64,000 bases of DNA from an uncultured Planctomycetaceae bacterium (GCA_963815195.1 CAWFGE010000018.1:64001-128000), one strand, 5' to 3'. Shown: positions 1 through 10,651, counted from the stretch's first letter. Translations and numbers: made by a program. Notes: generated by a model from the sequence alone, not told the origin.

Positions 1-275
1 AGGTGGACAGAGTTCCTTGGGCACCAAAGGGGTTGGAGGAAGACATAAGGCGACCTTTTTCCAGAAATTGCCGGGGCGAACCACAAAACGCTGCTTCAGT
101 GCGCATGCTAGCAATTGACCGTTTTGATGAGAAGCGCCCCGCCCGGGGAACTCCGCTTTCGCTCCTGGATCGGATTCGCGTCTTGGCATATCATGGGACC
201 CTTCCCCACGAAGGCAGGCAGGCAACCACGAAGACACGAAGAGCGTCACAGCAATCTTCAAGCTGTAAGAGGATG

Positions 276-569
276 AACCACGAAACACACGAAAAGAAGT
301 CGAGAGGCTTCGGTTTGGGTGAGGCAGTTCCTGTGGTCGCAATCGGTAGGTCAAACAGTTTTGAACCGCGGATCACGCGGATTTTCGCGGATAAAGGCCT
401 AAGCGGCCACTACGCTTCTCGCGGGGAAATGGGAATGCATGAAGCAAAAGATTTCCTTGGATTGCTCCGCGAAATCCGCTGTGCTCGAGTGCTCTCAGTC
501 CTGCAGCGGGAGGCGAGAAGATTTCAATAAATCCTGCGATTTTTCGTGTCATTCGTGTGTTTCGTGGTT
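276..569. repeat. Perfect 18-bp inverted repeat pair (AACCACGAAACACACGAA) bounding a non-coding ~290-bp segment
   Basis: 276-293 is the exact reverse complement of 552-569. A related motif AACCACGAAGACACGAAG lies at 224-241. Confidence 0.8.
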
Positions 570-634
570 AAAAGCCTTTACAGTTTGACTTGAATCGTTG
601 TTTTGGATTTCATTATTTCGAAAGCGGTGGCTCG

Positions 635-2656
635 ATGATGGGGCGGTTATTGGCGGTTGTTTGCGTTGTGGTGGTTTCGGGGGATCGGCTTCGGGCGGAC
701 GATGAAAAAGACGATCCGCAGCGGCCGCCCGCGGTGCAGACCGAAAACGTGCCGGCCGTTCCGAAAGAACTCCTGGAGCGGTTGCGGCAGTATCAAAACA
801 TGCGGTCGGCGGAGTTTCGCGGCTGGTCGCCCGACGGCCGGGGTATTCTGATCCGCACGCGGTTCGGGGACACGTCGCAATTGCACCGCGTGTACGAACC
901 GGGCGGCCGGCGCGAGCAGGTCACGTTCTTCGAGGAGCCCGCCGACGGCGAATTTCTGAACAAAGCCGCCGACGGCACGCTGCTCTTGTCCATGAGCTCG
1001 GGCGGGAACGAGAATTATCAGGTGTATTCGCTCGACCGCCGGTCGGGGCGGGCATTGATGCTCACCGACGGCAAGTCGCGGAACCTGCTCCAAGCCGTGC
1101 ATCCCGACGGCAACCGCATCGCCGTCGCGAGCAACCTCCGCAACGGGAAAGACACCGACCTCTACATCGCCAACCCCCGAAGGGCCGGCTCGCTCAAATG
1201 CATCCTGGAAACGAAGGACGAGTTCTGGTCCGTGTCCGATTGGTCGAGCGACGACTTCACGCTGCTCGTCAACCGCTATGTCTCGATCAACGAAACCTAT
1301 CCCGCCCTGTTGGACATCGTCAGTGGCGAGAAGCGGGCGATCCCGATCCCCGGCGACAAACAAGCCGCGTTCGGGGCGATGAAGTTCTCGCCCGACGGCA
1401 AACTCGCCTACGTCTCCAGCGACGCCAACGGCGAGTTCCGGCAGCTCGCGGTGATCGAGCTTCAAACCTTCCGCTACCAATGGCTCACCGCCGACATCCC
1501 CTGGGATGTGGACGAAATCGAAATCGGCCCGGAGATCGGCGGCAAATACACCGTCGCATTTACCGTGAACGAAAACGGCGCGAGCCGCCTGTATCTGCTG
1601 TTCGTCGGCCGCAATGAAAAGACCGGGGCGATGATGTTTTACCGGGCGATCGAAAAGGCCAGCCTGCCTTTGGGTATTGTCGATTCGCTCAACTTCTCGC
1701 CCGACGGCGGGCAGTTGGGGTTCACGCTGTCCCGGCCCGATGCGCCTGCGGATGCATATTCGATCCGGTTGGATTTCTACGACGGCCCGCGGCCGGAAGG
1801 CGCAAAGCCGGATGCGCCCAAGCTCACCCGCTGGACCTACAGCGAGACCGGCGGTTTGAGCCCCGAGCAGTTCCTCGCCCCGGAGCGGATCGAGTTTGCT
1901 TCGTTCGACGGCCGAAAGATCCCCGCGTATTATTTCAAGCCGCCCGCCTCGTCCGGGGACCGGCCGGTGCCCGTGGTCGTCAGCATCCACGGCGGACCGG
2001 AAAGCCAATACCGCCCCTACTTCAGCAGCCTCGATCAGTTCTTTCTGAAGGAAATGGGCTATGCGGTGATCCGCCCCAACGTCCGCGGCTCGGCGGGGTA
2101 TGGGAAATCTTATTTGCTTCTGGACAACGCCGAGAAGCGCGAGGACAGCGTGAAGGACATCGGGGGCCTGTTGGATTGGATCGCCAGGCAGCCCGAACTC
2201 GACAAAGACCGCGTGGCGGTGATGGGCGGCTCGTACGGCGGATACATGGTGCTCGGGTCTCTGGTGAACTTCAGCGGCCGGCTGAAGGCGGGGATCGACA
2301 TTGTGGGGATTGCGAGCTTCACGACGTTCCTCAAAAACACGAGCGAATACCGCCGGGATCTCCGCCGGGCCGAATACGGCGATGAGCGCGATCCCAAGAT
2401 GCAGGCCGTGTTCGACAAGATCAACCCCGCGAACAATGCCGAGAAGATCAAGTCCGCCCTGATGGTGGCCCACGGCCGGAACGACCCCCGCGTGCCGTTT
2501 TCCGAAGCCGTGCAAATTGTGGAGAACGTCCGCAAGAACGGCAAACCCGTCTGGACGGTCTACGCCGACAACGAAGGCCACGGCTTCGCCAAGAAAGCCA
2601 ACCGCGATTACCTTTACGCCGCGATGGCGCTGTTCCTAGAGCAGCAGTTCAAGTGA
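635..2656 (+). CDS. S9 family (prolyl oligopeptidase/acylaminoacyl peptidase-like) serine peptidase, probably exported
   Basis: N-terminal hydrophobic signal-like stretch, beta-propeller repeats (FSPDG), IHGGP, nucleophile GGSYGG, NDPRV Asp and EGHG His. Confidence 0.9.
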   Translation: MMGRLLAVVCVVVVSGDRLRADDEKDDPQRPPAVQTENVPAVPKELLERLRQYQNMRSAEFRGWSPDGRGILIRTRFGDTSQLHRVYEPGGRREQVTFFEEPADGEFLNKAADGTLLLSMSSGGNENYQVYSLDRRSGRALMLTDGKSRNLLQAVHPDGNRIAVASNLRNGKDTDLYIANPRRAGSLKCILETKDEFWSVSDWSSDDFTLLVNRYVSINETYPALLDIVSGEKRAIPIPGDKQAAFGAMKFSPDGKLAYVSSDANGEFRQLAVIELQTFRYQWLTADIPWDVDEIEIGPEIGGKYTVAFTVNENGASRLYLLFVGRNEKTGAMMFYRAIEKASLPLGIVDSLNFSPDGGQLGFTLSRPDAPADAYSIRLDFYDGPRPEGAKPDAPKLTRWTYSETGGLSPEQFLAPERIEFASFDGRKIPAYYFKPPASSGDRPVPVVVSIHGGPESQYRPYFSSLDQFFLKEMGYAVIRPNVRGSAGYGKSYLLLDNAEKREDSVKDIGGLLDWIARQPELDKDRVAVMGGSYGGYMVLGSLVNFSGRLKAGIDIVGIASFTTFLKNTSEYRRDLRRAEYGDERDPKMQAVFDKINPANNAEKIKSALMVAHGRNDPRVPFSEAVQIVENVRKNGKPVWTVYADNEGHGFAKKANRDYLYAAMALFLEQQFK

Positions 2657-2740
2657 CGGGCGGAAAACGATTGTTCGTCGATTGATCGAAATGTTACCAT
2701 AGCGGATGGACGAACATTCAACTTTCAGGGAGTTGACCCG

Positions 2741-3302
2741 ATGAGCACGATCGCCCGATTCACAGTGGAGGAATACGACCGCATGATCGCATGCGGCGCA
2801 GTTCGATCCGCGCCGCGAGCGCCGCATCGAACTGATTCGAGGAGAACTTCGCGAAATGAATCCCCCCGGCCCCATGCACGAAGATTTGATCGATTGGCTG
2901 GCACGATGGAGCATGGAAAACACCAAAAAGGACGAGGTCCGGGTGCGGGTGCAGAATTCGATTGGGTTGCCGGACACCTACAGCGCCCCGCAGCCGGACA
3001 TTGCCTGGGTCAAACCCCAGAATTACCGCGACGCTCGACCGCTGGTCGCGGATGTGCTGTTGGTCATCGAAATCTCGAATAGCAGCCTCGATTACGATCA
3101 GCACGACAAAGCTCGCCTCTATGCCGAAGCCGGGATCAAGGATTATTGGATCGTCAATGTTCCGTTTTGGTGCGTGGACGTTTATCGCGAGCCGCAGGGT
3201 GAAACGTTTCAGTCTATGACGCGGTATGACCAGACAGCCGATGTTTCGCCGCTGGCCTTTCCTGAAGTAGGGCTCTCGGTGCGGGAACTGTTTCACGTGT
3301 GA
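2741..3302 (+). CDS. Uma2 family (PD-(D/E)xK) endonuclease, split by a frameshift near 2800
   Basis: MSTIARFTVEEYDRM in one frame continues as RIELIRGELREMNPPGPMH...PQPD...LVIEIS...K.RLYAEAGIKDYWIVN in the next. Confidence 0.8.
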
Positions 3303-3352
3303 ATGGTTCCGGAGAATCCCCGCGGCATTTCCCTTTCCTTGGAGAAGCAATC

Positions 3353-4302
3353 ATGTCAGGACGTCGGAATCTGTTGGTGATGTTGGCGGCGATTCTTTTG
3401 CCGGCCGGAATGGCCCAGGCCCAGAATGGGGTATTGTTGCGGTATAAGTTTTCCAAGGAGGAGCCCGCCGTGTTTCGCACGACGACCGAAATGAACCAGA
3501 CCATGCAGGTCGCGGGGCAATCGTTCGAGCAAAAGGTCACCCAAACCGAAGTGAACTCGATCTCCCTGGCCGAGTTGACCAAGGAAGACAATCTCAAGCT
3601 CCGCTACGCGAACAAGCGGCTGTCCGCGAAAGCCGACATGGGCCCGGCCGGCACTTACGCGTTCGATTCGGAATCGAGCGAGCGCAAAAAGGGACCGCGC
3701 TGAGCAATGCCCTCAATCCGGTGTATCAAACCTTGAGCGGCGTCGAGTATTTCGTCACCATCACGCCCCGCGGTAAGGTCGAAGCGCTCGAAGGCTACAA
3801 GGAAGTCCTGGAGAACCTGACCAAGGACAATCCCATCGCGGCCAAGTTCACGGGCGGCGGCAGCGAGAACGCCCAAAAAGAAAGCCTCGCCGAAATCTTC
3901 TTCGTGCTCGCCGAGAAGCCCGTCCAACCCGGCGACACCTGGGAAGAGCCGATCGAAATGGACTTCCCCCAAATCGGCAAGGCCAAGGGCAAACGCGTCT
4001 ATAAATTCGAAGGCCCCGCGAAAAAAGACGACGACAAAATCGTGAAGATTTCCATGAGCTTGGAGATGTCCTTCGATTTCGACCTTAAGACCGAAGCGGC
4101 CAAAGTCACCGGCAACATCGGCACCGACTCCTCGAAGGGCGAGATCCGCTTCGACACCGAGACAGGCCAGGTCGTCTCGGCGAACCTCGAATACATGCTG
4201 TCCGGGAACATCAACACCGTCATCGGCGATCGGATTTTGAAAACCACAATCAAACAAAAACAAACCCGCACCACCACCCGCCTCACGGACTTGCCCAAAT
4301 AA
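3353..4302 (+). CDS. Exported protein, DUF6263-like, split by a frameshift near 3690
   Basis: Signal peptide (..AQAQ) and LRYKF in ORF 3299-3703. It continues in ORF 3721-4302 with PVQPGDTWE and GEIRFDTETG motifs. Confidence 0.6.
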
Positions 4303-4338
4303 CGGCGGTCGAAAACCAACTCCGCCGGCAACGGGTTT

Positions 4339-4491
4339 AACGCAAAGGCGCAAAGAGGAGACGCAAAGGAAAATACGCCTCAGCTTCACCCCGGGCAGGC
4401 TGAACCGAAAACCGCTCCATTTCCGCAAAGCCTTTCTTGCAGACGAACAAATCTTTGCGCTCTTGGCGTCTTTTCTTTGCGTCTCTGCGTT
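4339..4491. repeat. Imperfect inverted repeat with 9-nt periodic units (AACGCAAAGGCGCAAAG...)
   Basis: 4339-4368 resembles the reverse complement of 4462-4491; intergenic. Confidence 0.65.
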
Positions 4492-4616
4492 CAACGCTCT
4501 TTTCTTGCGTTGGGGTCATTCGGGGGAGGCGGATTGTCAGAGGCTGGGGGCTGCGATACAGTTTTGAGAAGCGTCTGCCCGTTTTTGCAGCCTATTGATG
4601 AAGGAGCCGGCCGCCG

Positions 4617-5318
4617 ATGTTGGGGCAAGTCAATCCCACTCCGTTCGATCTCTATTTTCCGCTATTCGGGATCCAAGTGCGAGTCACGCCCTGGTTCTGG
4701 CTCGCGGGAGTGCTCACCGGCTATTCGCTACTGCGGGATGCGCATTACGATCTGCTGTTGGTGTGGATCGCCTGCCTGTTTGTGTCGATCCTCATTCATG
4801 AACTAGGCCATGCCATCGCGGGGCGGTGTTTCGGCTGGCCCTCGGACGTGATTCTCTACCACTTCGGCGGCGTGACGCGGTTTGCCCATCAGGCCAGCTT
4901 TTCGACTGGGCGTTCGGTCGTCGTCTCCTTCGCCGGCCCCTGGGCCGGGTTTCTGCTGTATGGGGTCGTCATTGGCCTCGAATACCTGCTGTTTCATGAG
5001 GGGATGCCGTTCGAGTCCACACAGGCGAACCGGTACGCGCTGTTCGCCATCCTGCAGTTGAAGTGGGTCAACCTGTATTGGGGACTTATCAATCTGCTCC
5101 CCGTGCTGCCTTTGGACGGCGGGCATATTTCGGAAAGCATGCTCGAACGCTACCGCCCGCGGGATCGCGCGCTGTGGTGCCTCAGGATCAGCACGGCGGT
5201 GGGGGCAATGGCGGCGGCGGGTTTCTTCCTGACCGGCTACCGCTACGCCGGGATCTTGTTCGCGCTCTTGGCCGTGGACAATTTCCAACGCCTCGAACAA
5301 CACCGCGGCGGTTGGTGA
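4617..5318 (+). CDS. Site-2 protease (M50) family membrane metalloprotease
   Basis: HELGH zinc motif, AGP, NLLPVLPLDGG, several TM segments. Confidence 0.9.
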   Translation: MLGQVNPTPFDLYFPLFGIQVRVTPWFWLAGVLTGYSLLRDAHYDLLLVWIACLFVSILIHELGHAIAGRCFGWPSDVILYHFGGVTRFAHQASFSTGRSVVVSFAGPWAGFLLYGVVIGLEYLLFHEGMPFESTQANRYALFAILQLKWVNLYWGLINLLPVLPLDGGHISESMLERYRPRDRALWCLRISTAVGAMAAAGFFLTGYRYAGILFALLAVDNFQRLEQHRGGW

Positions 5319-5409
5319 CCACTGCGGTTTCCGATACAGTGGAGAGGAAACGCCGGTCGAAGTGTTCGCCGGCGGGACAGGCCTCTCCTCATTTCGCCGA
5401 AAACCTTCC

Positions 5410-6354
5410 ATGCCGACGTTTGCCGAGATTCAGGGCGCCCACGAGCGGATTCGTCCCCACATTCATCGGACGCCGGTGTTTTCGTCCGCGTTCCTCAGCG
5501 GCGAGTTGGGCGCGGAGGTCGTGTTCAAGTGCGAGAACCTGCAGAAGGCGGGGGCATTCAAATCCCGCGGGGCGTGTAATGCCGTGTTTTCATTGAGCGA
5601 GGAGGAAGCCGGGCGGGGAGTGATTACGCATTCCTCGGGCAATCACGCCGCGGCCCTCGCGCGGGCGGCGGGACTTCGCGGCATCGCGGCCTACATCGTG
5701 ATGCCCAAAAACGCCCCCGCGGTGAAGGTCGCCGCGGTCCGGCATTACGGCGGGCAGATCACGTTCTGCGAACCGACGCAAGCCGACCGGGAAGCGACCG
5801 CCGAGCGGATTCGGCAAGAAACCGGCGCCCAGATGGTGCACCCTTACAATGATGAGCGGATCATCGCCGGCCAGGGCACGGCCGCGGTGGAGTTGTTGGA
5901 GGACCGGCCCGATTTGGATGTGATCCTCGCACCCGTGGGCGGCGGCGGCTTGCTTTCCGGAACCGCGATCGCCGCCAAATCGATCCAGCCCGCGATTCAA
6001 GTCTTCGGCGGCGAACCGGAACGATTGAACGACGCCTGGCAAAGTTTGCAGACCGGGCGGATCGAACCGGCGACCGGAGCTGAGAGTCTGGCGGATGGCC
6101 TCAAAACCAGCCTGGGCACGTTGACGTTTCCCATCCTCCGCGAATGGGTCGATGGGATTCTGCTCACGGACGAAAGGACGATCATCGAAGCCATGCGGTG
6201 GGTGTTCGAGCGAATGAAACTGGTTGTCGAACCGTCCGCCGTGGCGCCGCTCGCGGCGCTCTTTCTCGCCCGCAGCGAGTTCGCCGGGCGGAAGGTGGGC
6301 GTGATTTTATCGGGCGGCAATGTCGATCTGGCTCATCTTCCTTTTGCCGAGTGA
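5410..6354 (+). CDS. PLP-dependent threonine/serine dehydratase or serine racemase family protein
   Basis: KCENLQKAGAFKSRGA (PLP lysine), HSSGNH, PVGGGGL, VVEPS, LSGGNVD; no ACT domain. Confidence 0.88.
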   Translation: MPTFAEIQGAHERIRPHIHRTPVFSSAFLSGELGAEVVFKCENLQKAGAFKSRGACNAVFSLSEEEAGRGVITHSSGNHAAALARAAGLRGIAAYIVMPKNAPAVKVAAVRHYGGQITFCEPTQADREATAERIRQETGAQMVHPYNDERIIAGQGTAAVELLEDRPDLDVILAPVGGGGLLSGTAIAAKSIQPAIQVFGGEPERLNDAWQSLQTGRIEPATGAESLADGLKTSLGTLTFPILREWVDGILLTDERTIIEAMRWVFERMKLVVEPSAVAPLAALFLARSEFAGRKVGVILSGGNVDLAHLPFAE

Positions 6355-6366
6355 GCGAGCCTGCCC

Positions 6367-7382
6367 GTGACCGATTCGCTGCTCGCTGAACTGGATGCAC
6401 TCATTCGCCGGGACCCGGCGATGCGGGGCTTGATTTCCTCCGAGGCGAAGTTCGGCCCCGTCTGCAAAGGCCATTTCGCGGCCGCCGCGAGAAGCCTGGC
6501 GGAACCGGACCTCAAAGTGGCGATCGTCACCGGTTTTTATGTGCCAAAAGCCAACCCGCCCGCCGCCGAAACCGACGGCCCGCCCGGTGCGGTTCGTCTG
6601 GCTCTCGCGTTGGAAGCGATCGGGCATCAGGTGCTGTTGGTTACCGATGCCTGGTGCGCCCCGCGCTCCGAGTCGCGGCCGAGGTCATGGGCTTTCCTTC
6701 CGAAAAGGTTCTCACGTTTCCCGGCGATGCGGAAGCGGATTCTTGGATGGAAGCCTTCTTCACGAACGGATTCGGCCGCCGGTTGTCTCATCTGATCGCG
6801 ATTGAGCGCGTGGGACCGAGCCATACGGTGGAATCGTTAAGAAAGCAAACTGACGATTCCGCCATCATCGAAGCCTTTCTCGCGGAGGTGCCGCCGGAAT
6901 CTCGCGGACATTGCCACAACATGCGCGGGGAAATTCTGGATGAGTGGACCGGCGGCGTGCATCGGCTGTTCGATTGGGTGGAGACACATTGCCCCGGCGT
7001 TCGGACGATTGGCATCGCCGACGGGGGCAACGAGATCGGCATGGGCTGCCTGCGGTGGGATGACATCGCCCGGCGGCTGTTGGGACCGCACGCCGCCCGC
7101 ATTCCCTGCCGAGTTGCCACAACGTGGAACATCATCGCGGGCATCAGCAACTGGGGCGGCTATGCCCTCGCCGCGGGCGTGATGACTCTCCGCGATCAGA
7201 CCGACGTCATCGCCCCTTGGACCAGTGAGCGGGAACAGCAAGTCTTAGAACACCTCGTCACCCAAGGTCCGGCCGTGGATGGCGTGACCCGCCTTCCCGA
7301 ACCCACCGTCGATGGCTTACCGTTCCTCACGTACATCCAAACCTGGTCCGCCATCCGCCGCCGCCTGGGCTATGAAGATTGA
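6367..7382 (+). CDS. D-glutamate cyclase-like (DUF4392) protein, split by a frameshift near 6660
   Basis: IVTGF..ETDGPPGA in the first frame; IAIERVG, HNMRG, GIADGGNEIGMG, SNWGGY and DG in the second. Confidence 0.8.
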
Positions 7383-7387
7383 ACCCC

Positions 7388-7702
7388 CTACAATGGCACA
7401 TAAACCACTTCAAATTCGGGACCAAGTTCCAAACGCACCAAAGTTAAAACCTTCGATGCAGCCTCCTCAAATTGCTCGTTCTCGGCCGACGTCCAAGGAC
7501 TGGGATCAGGAGGATATTCTTGGTTGAGTTTGCTGTCGTGCCACTCGGATAATCTGGCCAGTTGCTCGCGGGTGCTTGGCGATAATGGGAGCGAATCCTC
7601 GCACGGCCCAACGTTATATTGAGAGCGAGCGGCATCATTCCCACACCACAGGCAGCCACCGCCCCATTCGAACATCAATCGCACAACGTACCTTGCCGCC
7701 AT
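7388..7702 (-). CDS. Small hypothetical protein
   Basis: 104-aa ORF with ATG and RBS, directly downstream of glnA; lower GC than neighbours. Confidence 0.6.
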   Translation of the reverse strand: MAARYVVRLMFEWGGGCLWCGNDAARSQYNVGPCEDSLPLSPSTREQLARLSEWHDSKLNQEYPPDPSPWTSAENEQFEEAASKVLTLVRLELGPEFEVVYVPL

Positions 7703-7735
7703 CGCCTTTCCCTTTGCCCCTTTGCTCCTTCAAAT

Positions 7736-9145
7736 TCAAATATCATAATACATCGAAAACTCAAACGGATGCGGCCGTTCTCTGAGGGCGGCGACTTCGT
7801 GGGTGGTCTTGTACCAGATCCAGGTGTCGATCACATCTTCGGTAAAGACATCTCCGCGGGTGAGGAACTCGTGGTCCTTGCGGAGGGCGTTGAGGGACTC
7901 TTCCAAGGTGACCGGCGTTTTGGGGACGGTTTCCATTTCTTCGGGGTCGAGATCGTAAATGTCCTTGTCCAACGGCGAGCCGGGGTCGATGCGGTTTTGG
8001 ATGCCGTCGAGCGCGGCCATCAGCACGGCGGACATCGCCAGGTACGGGTTCGACGAAGAATCGGGGCAGCGAAACTCGAAGCGTTTGCTGTCGGGCGTCG
8101 GCGTGTGGACGGGAATCCGAATCGCCGCCGAGCGGTTGCGGTAGCTGTAGGTCAAATTGACCGGCGCCTCGAAGCCGGGGATCAGCCGCTTGTAGCTGTT
8201 GGTCGTCGGGCAGCAAAATGCAAGCACGGCCGAAGCGTGCTTCAAGATGCCGCCCATCGCGAACACGGCCATGTCGCTCAATCCCCCGTAGCCGCTGCCG
8301 GCGAACAAAGGCGTGCCCTTCTTCCACAGCGAGAAGTGCAGGTGCATGCCGGAGCCGTTGTCGTTCCAGATCGGCTTGGGCATGAAGGTCGCGGTCTTTC
8401 CGTGCCGGGCCGCGACGCATTTGACGACGTATTTATAGCGGAGCAGATGGTCGGCCACTTTCATCAACGGGCCGAACTTCATATCGATCTCGCATTGCCC
8501 GGCGGTGGCGACTTCGTGGTGCTGGGCTTCGACCTCGACGCCACATTCCATCAGCGTCAGCATCATCTCCGTGCGGAGGTCCTGAAGCGTATCCGTCGGC
8601 GGGACGGAGAGATAGCCTTCCTTGTTCCGCACACGATAGCCCGCCCGGCCGCGGCCGGCTTCGCCCCGCGTCCACACCCCTTCGATGCTGTCGATGTGAT
8701 AATAGGCCTCGTGCTGGTTCTCGTCGAACCGCACATCGTCGAACACAAAAAACTCCGCTTCCGGGCCGATCATCGCGGCATCGGCGAAGCCGGTGGACTT
8801 CATGTAGGCTTCTGCTTTTCGGGCAACATTGCGCGGATCTTTGGCATACTCCTCCCGCGTGATCGGATCGTGAATGTTGCAGGTGATCGCCAGGGTCTGC
8901 TGCATGAAGGGATCGACAATCGCCGTCTCCGGTTGCGGCAGGACGAGCATGTCGCTCTCGTTGATGGCCTGCCAGCCGCGCAGCGACGAGCCGTCGATCC
9001 CAAACCCTTCCTCGAAACTGCGTTCCGTCAACGCCTGCACCGGGATCGTAAAATGTTTCTGGGTGCCGGGGAAATCCATAAACCGCAAATCCACGGCCCG
9101 GATCTCCCGCGATCGGCACAGGGCGAGCACTTCCTTCGGCGTCAT
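7736..9145 (-). CDS. glnA: Glutamine synthetase type I
   Basis: DGSS, GPEAEFF, HHEVA, TFMPKP, GSGMHLH, RNRSAAIRIP, EFRCPD, C-terminal PHPFEF.MYY. Confidence 0.97.
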   Translation of the reverse strand: MTPKEVLALCRSREIRAVDLRFMDFPGTQKHFTIPVQALTERSFEEGFGIDGSSLRGWQAINESDMLVLPQPETAIVDPFMQQTLAITCNIHDPITREEYAKDPRNVARKAEAYMKSTGFADAAMIGPEAEFFVFDDVRFDENQHEAYYHIDSIEGVWTRGEAGRGRAGYRVRNKEGYLSVPPTDTLQDLRTEMMLTLMECGVEVEAQHHEVATAGQCEIDMKFGPLMKVADHLLRYKYVVKCVAARHGKTATFMPKPIWNDNGSGMHLHFSLWKKGTPLFAGSGYGGLSDMAVFAMGGILKHASAVLAFCCPTTNSYKRLIPGFEAPVNLTYSYRNRSAAIRIPVHTPTPDSKRFEFRCPDSSSNPYLAMSAVLMAALDGIQNRIDPGSPLDKDIYDLDPEEMETVPKTPVTLEESLNALRKDHEFLTRGDVFTEDVIDTWIWYKTTHEVAALRERPHPFEFSMYYDI

Positions 9146-9194
9146 CGGAGTTTGGTTCCTGTCAATTGAGAGCTGTCCTTTGTACCGGCAGACC

Positions 9195-9211
9195 TGCCTC
9201 AAAAATGGGCA
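9195..9211. promoter_or_regulatory. Candidate NtrC-type binding site
   Basis: TGCCTCAAAAATGGGCA, a 17-bp TGC-N11-GCA dyad upstream of glnA. Confidence 0.45.
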
Positions 9212-9233
9212 AGTCTCTCAGATTATACACCTG

Positions 9234-9249
9234 AGCAAAATCCGCACCA
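9234..9249 (-). promoter_or_regulatory. Candidate sigma-54 (-24/-12) promoter of glnA
   Basis: Minus strand TGGTGCGGATTTTGCT, GG-N10-GC spacing. Confidence 0.6.
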
Positions 9250-9338
9250 GAGTGGGAGATTTGTGAGTTGAGTGTTGTCGGCAAATCGTGTTATAAGCCA
9301 ACGCGAGATAACTCGATTTTCCAATCGCGGAGAAATTG

Positions 9339-9839
9339 ATGGCCAAGCAGAAAACCACAGGCAGGACGCAGTATTGGTTGTTCAAGTCGGAACCGACTTC
9401 GTATTCCATCGATGACCTGGCGAACGAGCCGACCAAGACCACGCATTGGGACGGGGTGCGGAATTATCAGGCGCGGAACATGCTGCGGGATGAGGTTCAG
9501 GTGGGCGACCGGGTGTTTTTCTATCACTCGAACGCCAAGCCGCCGGCGATCATGGGGACGGCGGAAGTGGTGCAGGCGGGTTATGCCGACCACACGCAGT
9601 TCGATCCGAACGATCATCATTACGACGAGAAAGCCGACCCGGACGATCCCACGTGGTTTATGGTGGACATCAAGTTTTTACAGAAGTTCCCAGAACCCGT
9701 GGACCGCGAGCAGCTTGGCGGGGACGAGGCGACCCAGAGCATGGGCGTGTTGGCCCGCGGGTCCCGGCTGTCCATTCAGCCGGTGACGGCAGCCGAATGG
9801 AAAGCCGTCCACAAGCTCGCGGGCGTCAAAGAGAAATGA
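9339..9839 (+). CDS. EVE domain-containing protein
   Basis: YWLFKSEP, WDGVRNYQARN, FFYHS, RLSIQPV. Confidence 0.93.
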   Translation: MAKQKTTGRTQYWLFKSEPTSYSIDDLANEPTKTTHWDGVRNYQARNMLRDEVQVGDRVFFYHSNAKPPAIMGTAEVVQAGYADHTQFDPNDHHYDEKADPDDPTWFMVDIKFLQKFPEPVDREQLGGDEATQSMGVLARGSRLSIQPVTAAEWKAVHKLAGVKEK

Positions 9840-9933
9840 GGCGAGCGTGGGGCGTAGGCCCGGGCGTAGGCCCCATGATTTCATGGATTGTTCAAGAGCG
9901 TCCTTTTCGGGGATCGACGAACAAAGGCGCAAA

Positions 9934-9986
9934 CCAACCCAAGCGCTCGCGAGCGATCAGCCGGCTTACGCCGGCCGCTCGCCAAG
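9934..9986 (+). repeat. 53-bp REP-like repeat, copy 1
   Basis: 49/53 identical to the reverse complement of 12109-12161. Confidence 0.8.
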
Positions 9987-10015
9987 AACCACAAGTCAAC
10001 AAGCCGGGTTCGGGT

Positions 10016-10651
10016 TTAATCCAACCCCGCGCCGAAGGGGTCTTCGTCGTCGTCGGTTTTGCTGGCGACGCTTTCCCAGTCGTGGCCGTTCTTGCGGGCG
10101 CTTGCGCGGTGGTGCGGCGTGCCCGGCTGGCCGGCCGGTTCGATGCGATGGCTCGTGTCCTTCGAGCTGCGGAAGACCATCGGCATCGCGGTGTCCGAGT
10201 AATCGTCCACCTCGTCCTGAAGAGCAGCGTAGTTGTCCTCGCCGTAGTCGTCGTAAGTGCAGACGTAATCCGGCTGCTGGGCGAGGACCAACTCCTCTTC
10301 AAAGGATTTGATCACATGCTCCTGGATCAACTCCCGGCATTCGGAATTGATCGGGTGGGCGATGTCGGCGTAGAGCTTGGCCCGGCCGTCGGTGTCCTTG
10401 ATGGCCCGCTCATCGTCCAGCTTGGCTCCGCACTGGTTGCAGTGCAGGGCCCGCAAGTGGTTTTTGCACTGGCACTTGGGGCAGCGGTCTGTGAGCTTGC
10501 GGCTGGGCATGGCCACGAACGGCCCCTTCGCGCCCTGGATGATTTTCAGGTCGCGGATGACGAAACAGCCATCGAAGGTGATCGAACAAAAGGCCTGAAG
10601 CCGATCATGGGGATCATCCATGAGCTTGATCCGAACTTCGGTGATTTCCAC
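10016..10651 (-). CDS. spoVG: SpoVG family protein with Zn-ribbon insertion and acidic tail
   Basis: [35 protein letters not shown]; CxxC..CxxC insert; GTG start with AGGAGG RBS. Confidence 0.88.
   Translation of the reverse strand: MEITEVRIKLMDDPHDRLQAFCSITFDGCFVIRDLKIIQGAKGPFVAMPSRKLTDRCPKCQCKNHLRALHCNQCGAKLDDERAIKDTDGRAKLYADIAHPINSECRELIQEHVIKSFEEELVLAQQPDYVCTYDDYGEDNYAALQDEVDDYSDTAMPMVFRSSKDTSHRIEPAGQPGTPHHRASARKNGHDWESVASKTDDDEDPFGAGLD

Noticed and set aside
3..530. 175-aa ORF at the window start
   Set aside because: It runs through repeat motifs with atypical composition and is likely spurious.
647..2581. Long antisense ORFs (also 7619-9169, 12246-14210, 15150-17168, 17274-19298, 35174-37900, 41564-43330, 61156-63009)
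   Set aside because: They shadow well-supported genes on the opposite strand, as expected in high-GC DNA, and show no recognisable motifs.
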